Part shown: piece after piece, positions 59,120 to 64,000 of the stretch
Layout of the letters: the number at the start of each line of letters is the position of its first letter
How positions within the stretch are numbered: position 1 is the first letter of the stretch
NCBI GenBank assembly: GCA_965246715.1
Contig: CBDFFH010000038.1
Location: 1 to 64,000 of the forward strand
Direction of reading: 5' to 3'
Origin: Chamaesiphon sp.
GTDB taxonomy: Bacteria > Cyanobacteriota > Cyanobacteriia > Cyanobacteriales > Chamaesiphonaceae
Length of the DNA stretch: 64,000 bases
Program-made: the position numbers and the translations under genes
Notes under the pieces: model-generated
The model's input: the letters and a program-made list of their open reading frames with translations, nothing else
What the model was told of the DNA's origin: nothing
Database searches by the model: none

Positions 59120-60049
59120 TCAATCGAGTTTCAGCCAACCAGCACCTTGATGACCGCAATTACAAACCTGTGGATGCATGATTTCGGCAAGAATTTCTAG
59201 AGATTCGACCAATCGGGGGCCGGGACGGTTGAAATAGGCGTTACCATCGGTGATGTAGACTCGATCGAGTTTCACCGCCTCTAAACTCTGCCATTGTGGA
59301 TGTTGAGTGAGTGGCATGACTTCCTGATGCGTGCGATCGAGATCGAACCCACAAGGCATGAAAATAATTATATCGGGATTGGCTGCGATTAATTCATCCC
59401 AACTAATTCGGGGTGAATGCTGTCCGGCAATGCCCCCAATTGGTTTGCCACCAGCCAGCTCGACTAGTTCGGGAATCCAATTTCCGGCTAGCATCAATGG
59501 TTCCGTCCACTCGATACAAGCGACTTTTGGGGGTGGCGACGGGAGATTGTGACATTTGGCCGCACAGTCGCTAACTCGCGATTTGAGCGCTGCAACAACC
59601 TGTTGCCAGTCAACATTTAAGGTCTCGCCTACCCGTTGGATATCGGCCCAAACATCCGCGATCGTATCTGGTTGTAACGAGATAATCTGAGGATGACTAT
59701 TGGTTAATTTAGCAACCGCTTTTTCCACTTCCGGGAAACTCACCGCACAAACATCGCACTGGTCTTGGGTGATGATATGCGTCGGCTGTAATTGCGTCAG
59801 GACATCGAGTTTAATTTCGTAGATACTCAATGCTGTTTGCAGGAGTTTATCTACCTCTCGATCGATTTCACCACTCGATCGATCGATATGCAGTCGTGCT
59901 GCGGTACATATCGCCCGATTTTGAATTTCGGGCGGATAGTCGCATTCATGGGAAATTCCCACCAAGCTATCGGTCAAACCCAGACAGGTAATGATTTCGG
60001 TGGCACTAGGTAAGAGCGAAACTAGCCGGAGCGATGCTGGTTGAGTCAT
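59120..60049 (-). CDS. BtuF-like cobalamin/Fe-siderophore-binding family protein, no signal peptide
   Basis: RLVSLLPSATEI, VGISHECDYP, TQDQCDVCAV, FNRPGPRL. Confidence 0.85.
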   Translation of the reverse strand: MTQPASLRLVSLLPSATEIITCLGLTDSLVGISHECDYPPEIQNRAICTAARLHIDRSSGEIDREVDKLLQTALSIYEIKLDVLTQLQPTHIITQDQCDVCAVSFPEVEKAVAKLTNSHPQIISLQPDTIADVWADIQRVGETLNVDWQQVVAALKSRVSDCAAKCHNLPSPPPKVACIEWTEPLMLAGNWIPELVELAGGKPIGGIAGQHSPRISWDELIAANPDIIIFMPCGFDLDRTHQEVMPLTQHPQWQSLEAVKLDRVYITDGNAYFNRPGPRLVESLEILAEIMHPQVCNCGHQGAGWLKLD

Positions 60050-60390
60050 AAATTAGGTTTGGTAACAGCTCCGCAACTTCAGGAAATTGCCCAGCGATCG
60101 GCACTAGCTTGATACTTTTAGTTTCTCGCTCTACAACAAATTTGTTCGATCGAGTATCAGATTTAAGTATTAGTGAATAAAAACTTATTGTCAAGCTTTC
60201 ATTTTCCGCACAAAGTCTTTACCAATCCAAAATTAGATTGAAACTCAATGTATATCTGTTGGCTGGACGGAAGATTTAAGGATCTCCTGCATCTAGTCCC
60301 GTAACTGGCAGTTATAAAAATGCCAACTATCAAAGCAAGATAACAGCGATGCAGGAAATTCATACTCAGTTAAAGTGGAACCAGAGATGA

Positions 60391-60837
60391 CTATTTTTTA
60401 TCAAAGAAACCTTTGACGTTATCGACTAAGTCACCACCTTTTTCTGCAGCTTTTATGCCCGCTCCTTTACCGAGCTTTTCAGTTTCGTTCAGTTTATTGG
60501 ACATGTCTTTAGTGGTATATTCGACCGTTGGTTTGACTCGATCGATATCTTGACTGGAACGATCTGGATCGATTTTTTGAGTACCATGAGGTTGGGCACC
60601 AAATTGCGTATTTTTTTTATCGATCGTCCCTTTCTCCTCCAGATCTAGTTGCCCTTGAACCTGCTCGGCCATTTTAGCGGCATTAGTTGTCAGTAAAAAC
60701 GAACTGTGCAGCTCGGACGCGATCGCATTACCTGCAAAACTAAAATAAGCTGCTTGAAATAATAAAGTAACGGCTAACAGACCACCAACTATGGTAGTTA
60801 ATGCGCGTTTAATCGTGCTAAACAAATTGAATTTCAT
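60391..60837 (-). CDS. Exported hydrophilic (LEA/stress-like) protein
   Basis: Signal peptide ending AIA; GGAG RBS; K/D/E-rich tail. Confidence 0.75.
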   Translation of the reverse strand: MKFNLFSTIKRALTTIVGGLLAVTLLFQAAYFSFAGNAIASELHSSFLLTTNAAKMAEQVQGQLDLEEKGTIDKKNTQFGAQPHGTQKIDPDRSSQDIDRVKPTVEYTTKDMSNKLNETEKLGKGAGIKAAEKGGDLVDNVKGFFDKK

Positions 60838-61152
60838 CGAGACTTTCTCCGTTAGAGTGAATACTTAACAGTTATATTGCTAAATATCGCGCCACTGGAT
60901 CGCCCAATCGCAGTAAATCGATCGTTTTATGTTACATCCAAATTTATCTCGATCGGGAGATAGTGGAGAATATATATTTGTTATTTGTCACATATTTCAG
61001 CGCACGATCCAAACTCTCTCTCCCGATCGATAGAGATCCTAATTTATATAGGAGAATTCTGTAGCTCGATCGACATAATTAGAAATGGCTCTTTTAGAGG
61101 ATAGATTAATTTGTTAATTACGATACATTAGTAACTATCAACACTAATCCGA

Positions 61153-61524
61153 GTGCTAAATTTTATGAGGATCGAGGATCGAGCTAACGATGCCCCAGGA
61201 CAAGTGCCAGACGCAGCTAATGAATCGTCCGTAACTTCAACCGATCGCGACGCTAAGCAATCAGACTCACAAAGTCACGATCGGGCTGAAGAGTCGGACT
61301 CGGCATCGCCAACCGCTGTTGTCACGATTCAAGACAGGTGCAAAGAATTTAAAGAAAATCTCACACCCAGCTTCCAAGAAATTGAAGCTCCAAACACTAA
61401 GTTGGCTACTACTAGCACTAAAGTAGAGGAGTTGAAATCTGAAATCGAAGCCAACTCCGAGCAAATGTTCGCTCCCAGTAAGAATAATTCTTCAGAAGAG
61501 AGTTCTGTGCACAAAGTAAATTAG
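61153..61524 (+). CDS. Hypothetical acidic low-complexity protein
   Basis: 123-aa S/E/D-rich ORF. Confidence 0.6.
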   Translation: MLNFMRIEDRANDAPGQVPDAANESSVTSTDRDAKQSDSQSHDRAEESDSASPTAVVTIQDRCKEFKENLTPSFQEIEAPNTKLATTSTKVEELKSEIEANSEQMFAPSKNNSSEESSVHKVN

Positions 61525-61575
61525 TTAGTTATGCAATCCGAGCAAAACTTCTAAATCATTTGCGATTTCAGCTAA

Positions 61576-61815
61576 TTACAAACCGAAACCGCCACCTAGA
61601 TCGCTAATGTCGATCGACAAAGATTCTCCACTTTGCCGGTCTTTTTCTTGTCTGAGGCGATCGCGCATCTGTTCATATTCGCGCTCGGATTGGACTAGGG
61701 CTTGCTTTTTAGCATCAGGTAAGATTTCACTAGAAATTGGTTCCCGACAGTTACTACAGTAGCCTAACCTTAGTACCAAAATTGGCGACTCGCATTTTTG
61801 ACATCTGTATCCCAT
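61576..61815 (-). CDS. Small zinc-ribbon protein
   Basis: CQKC...CSNC followed by a coiled coil. Confidence 0.65.
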   Translation of the reverse strand: MGYRCQKCESPILVLRLGYCSNCREPISSEILPDAKKQALVQSEREYEQMRDRLRQEKDRQSGESLSIDISDLGGGFGL

Positions 61816-61969
61816 TGTTATAACTAATTAGCAAAAAAGTGACTGAGTTAGGCAAGATTGCTATTTACTCGGGTATATTATCCCATAAAATTATCTGATT
61901 TTTACAGTGAGTCGCGATCGGCTTAGATCGGCTCTTAGCAAGCCAATCATCTCAACTCGCAAGCCGATC

Positions 61970-62737
61970 TTACCCAGTTACGGGATCGAGCCAACGCAAG
62001 ATTTCGCGCTTGAGTTGCTGAAGATCCCGCTGAATTTCCTGTTCGATCCATTGCCCGATCGCATCAAATGGGGTGAAAATTTGTGGATTGAATTGCCAGC
62101 GTAAACTTTGACCCAACGGAGTAAGATGGTTGCCATTAATAATCCGCGTCGAAATCGTGTCTGGGAAAATTTTAGTTAATGTCTGCCCCAATGTATAAGA
62201 TTGGTCGATCGTATCATCTTTAAACTTAACGATCAAATTGCGTGGTACATCATAATAATTGGCGATCGAATCGAGTGTTTGTTGGGGACTGGGAGTAAAC
62301 TCCATATTAAATTCTTGTGGCATTTGCCCCATAAATGGCACGGCATCGCGAGCCGCAAAATTATTAAACGAAATCAAAATATTTCCCGCTCGTTTGACAT
62401 CGTACAGACTGCCGATCAGTAGATGTAGCTTGCAACCCATACTATGTCCGACTCCATAAATCGGCAGATGACGCTGTGGTAGATAGCGACGATCTTGGAG
62501 CAACTCTAGTGTATCTTCAAACCGATTATAGACTTCACTCGCAATCGATCGATGATCGAAAGTATTGATAAACGGTGTAGCAACGATCGCATAGCCTTGG
62601 TTTGCGAGATCTTCTAACAATAATCGATAGGTAATCTGTGGTGCCGCCGCGACAAAGGCACCCCCCAAAAAATGTAACACTGCTTGCGGCTGGCGCGGAA
62701 TATAAACCCAATTACCAGAAACTTCTTGCCAATACAT
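61970..62737 (-). CDS. DUF1350 alpha/beta hydrolase-like protein
   Basis: HFLGGAFV, GHSMG, ISFNN, GNHLTP. Confidence 0.9.
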   Translation of the reverse strand: MYWQEVSGNWVYIPRQPQAVLHFLGGAFVAAAPQITYRLLLEDLANQGYAIVATPFINTFDHRSIASEVYNRFEDTLELLQDRRYLPQRHLPIYGVGHSMGCKLHLLIGSLYDVKRAGNILISFNNFAARDAVPFMGQMPQEFNMEFTPSPQQTLDSIANYYDVPRNLIVKFKDDTIDQSYTLGQTLTKIFPDTISTRIINGNHLTPLGQSLRWQFNPQIFTPFDAIGQWIEQEIQRDLQQLKREILRWLDPVTG

Positions 62738-62797
62738 TTAAGAAATTATGAATTATAAATTAAATTATCATCCTGACTAGCGATGAGCTACTAGCCA

Positions 62798-63097
62798 CTA
62801 AAAATAACCAAAAAAGCTATCGTAATCGAGATCGCTATCGTCGTTATTTTGGGAAGCGCGATCTGCAAATTCATTGGGAGTACGCTCGTTACTCCATCCC
62901 CACCAGGCTTTACCGCACTGGCAATGATAAAATTCTTGCCACTTGCGGCGGCGATTTTCGAGCAATACTGGAGAGCGCCGATTGATCCAAGCAGTCGTTG
63001 CTTCTGTAGAGGTAGCACGACAGCTCGGGCAGCAAAACTCTTGCGCGTGAATTGCTTGTTCGGTCCAATCTGGTGGTGTCAGGCTAAAAGCTTCCAT
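62798..63097 (-). CDS. Conserved cyanobacterial Cys-rich small protein
   Basis: MEAF...CPSC...WINRRSPV...WQEFYHCQC; ATG 63097 with GAGG-like context. Confidence 0.75.
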   Translation of the reverse strand: MEAFSLTPPDWTEQAIHAQEFCCPSCRATSTEATTAWINRRSPVLLENRRRKWQEFYHCQCGKAWWGWSNERTPNEFADRASQNNDDSDLDYDSFFGYF

Positions 63098-63326
63098 GTA
63101 TGAGGATCGGTATTGGCGTGGTATCTCGATCGAAGCACTAATTTCAGGCAAATGCTCGGTTTTGCCGAATGTTGCAACTAAAACGGTAGTTACGTGAATT
63201 ACAAATTAATTTGCTCCATTACTATAATAAGTAGTTTAACGAGGATCTACCGAGCCTAGTTAAATTGGTAGGATCTAAACAGATAAATAATCTCGCTGCC
63301 GATTAGCATAACTAGTCAAATTCCTT

Positions 63327-63791
63327 ATGACAACTTTTAATACACTTGCAGATGCTCCCGATTTAACCGCTAATGACTATGTAGTCGTCGGTGTAGCTAC
63401 CTGCTTCTTCCGCGATGACGACGGCGTGCGCGAACTCAAAATAATCGAACCCATCCCTTCGTCAGCGCTAGAAGCCCTCATCAAAGGCATTCCGACTTCT
63501 TACAAAATCGCCGCAGCAACTACGCTCGGGGCACTCATCGCTGGCGATACACCCCAAATCCCGGCAAGTTTCCCGACTGACTGTCAATTAGGCAATGAAT
63601 TTGCCTACCGTTGTATCGCCGCTGCCCGTACTTTCAAACGCCGCCCGGTAGCCCAAACACATATCGCGCAAGGCGAAACCTACACTAGTTTTAACTACTC
63701 CACCGAGCGCAAGCGGGTGCTTAATGCCGATCGAGTCGTCACGAAGGATGATAATGTCAAGCAACATGCTTATACCCACCAGCAGCTGTAA
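63327..63791 (+). CDS. Conserved cyanobacterial hypothetical protein
   Basis: GVATCF, EPIPS, GIPTSY, NVKQHAYTH. Confidence 0.85.
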   Translation: MTTFNTLADAPDLTANDYVVVGVATCFFRDDDGVRELKIIEPIPSSALEALIKGIPTSYKIAAATTLGALIAGDTPQIPASFPTDCQLGNEFAYRCIAAARTFKRRPVAQTHIAQGETYTSFNYSTERKRVLNADRVVTKDDNVKQHAYTHQQL

Positions 63792-63806
63792 TCGATCGTT
63801 ACTCCC

Positions 63807-64000
63807 ATGCCTCATCCCTGGCAACTATCGATCGAGCGCTTGCGCCAACAGGCTTTAAACTTATTTTTAAAGCAAAATTGCCCGCTGTGCGATCGTACCG
63901 CAGCGGAGATCCTCTGTCGGTATTGCCACCGTCAACTTCAAGATTGTCAACTCCCCCAACCAGATCGATATTGGCGGGGAGATCTACCGTTATTTGCATG
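63807..64000 (+). CDS. comF: ComF family protein, N-terminal part (runs off the window edge)
   Basis: Manual translation MPHPW...LNLFLKQNCPLCDR...LCRYCHRQL...LPLFA, a double zinc ribbon. Confidence 0.75.
   Translation, partial: MPHPWQLSIERLRQQALNLFLKQNCPLCDRTAAEILCRYCHRQLQDCQLPQPDRYWRGDLPLFA

Noticed and set aside
1..64000. Very high GCGATCGC/CGATCG frequency
   Set aside because: Well-known cyanobacterial HIP1; useful only as a taxonomic and foreign-DNA marker

Overview
64 kb of a cyanobacterial chromosome: HIP1 (GCGATCGC/CGATCG) is very dense and cyanobacterial STRR/SDR repeats are present. It looks Chamaesiphon-like, but the genus cannot be proven from this window. Most of it is housekeeping: recF, ftrC, suhB, hisZ, a Ski2/HelY helicase, zur, purS, purQ, trpC, gpsA, lipA, comF, wzc and a UvrD-like helicase. 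Highlights: (1) a non-canonical Nif11-type RiPP precursor (no double-Gly, short basic core) abutting a B12-dependent radical SAM gene that has a structured, terminator-containing leader, with a BtuF-like gene about 3 kb away; (2) a six-gene pseudo-receiver/2Fe-2S ferredoxin/V4R/phycobiliprotein-like/V4R cluster resembling the Synechocystis Pap (slr0144-slr0152) operon, preceded by a SigJ/SigF-like box; (3) a complete ISL3 element (25-bp IRs, 8-bp DR) splitting a reconstructable Zn-ribbon/HEPN-like gene in an AT-rich islet; (4) several tiny mobile repeats, including nested copies and in-frame insertions inside proteins; (5) a probable CTG-initiated membrane protein; (6) an HtrA-like pseudo-protease. 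No rRNA, tRNA or CRISPR array was seen. Family assignments come from motif recognition, not database searches.
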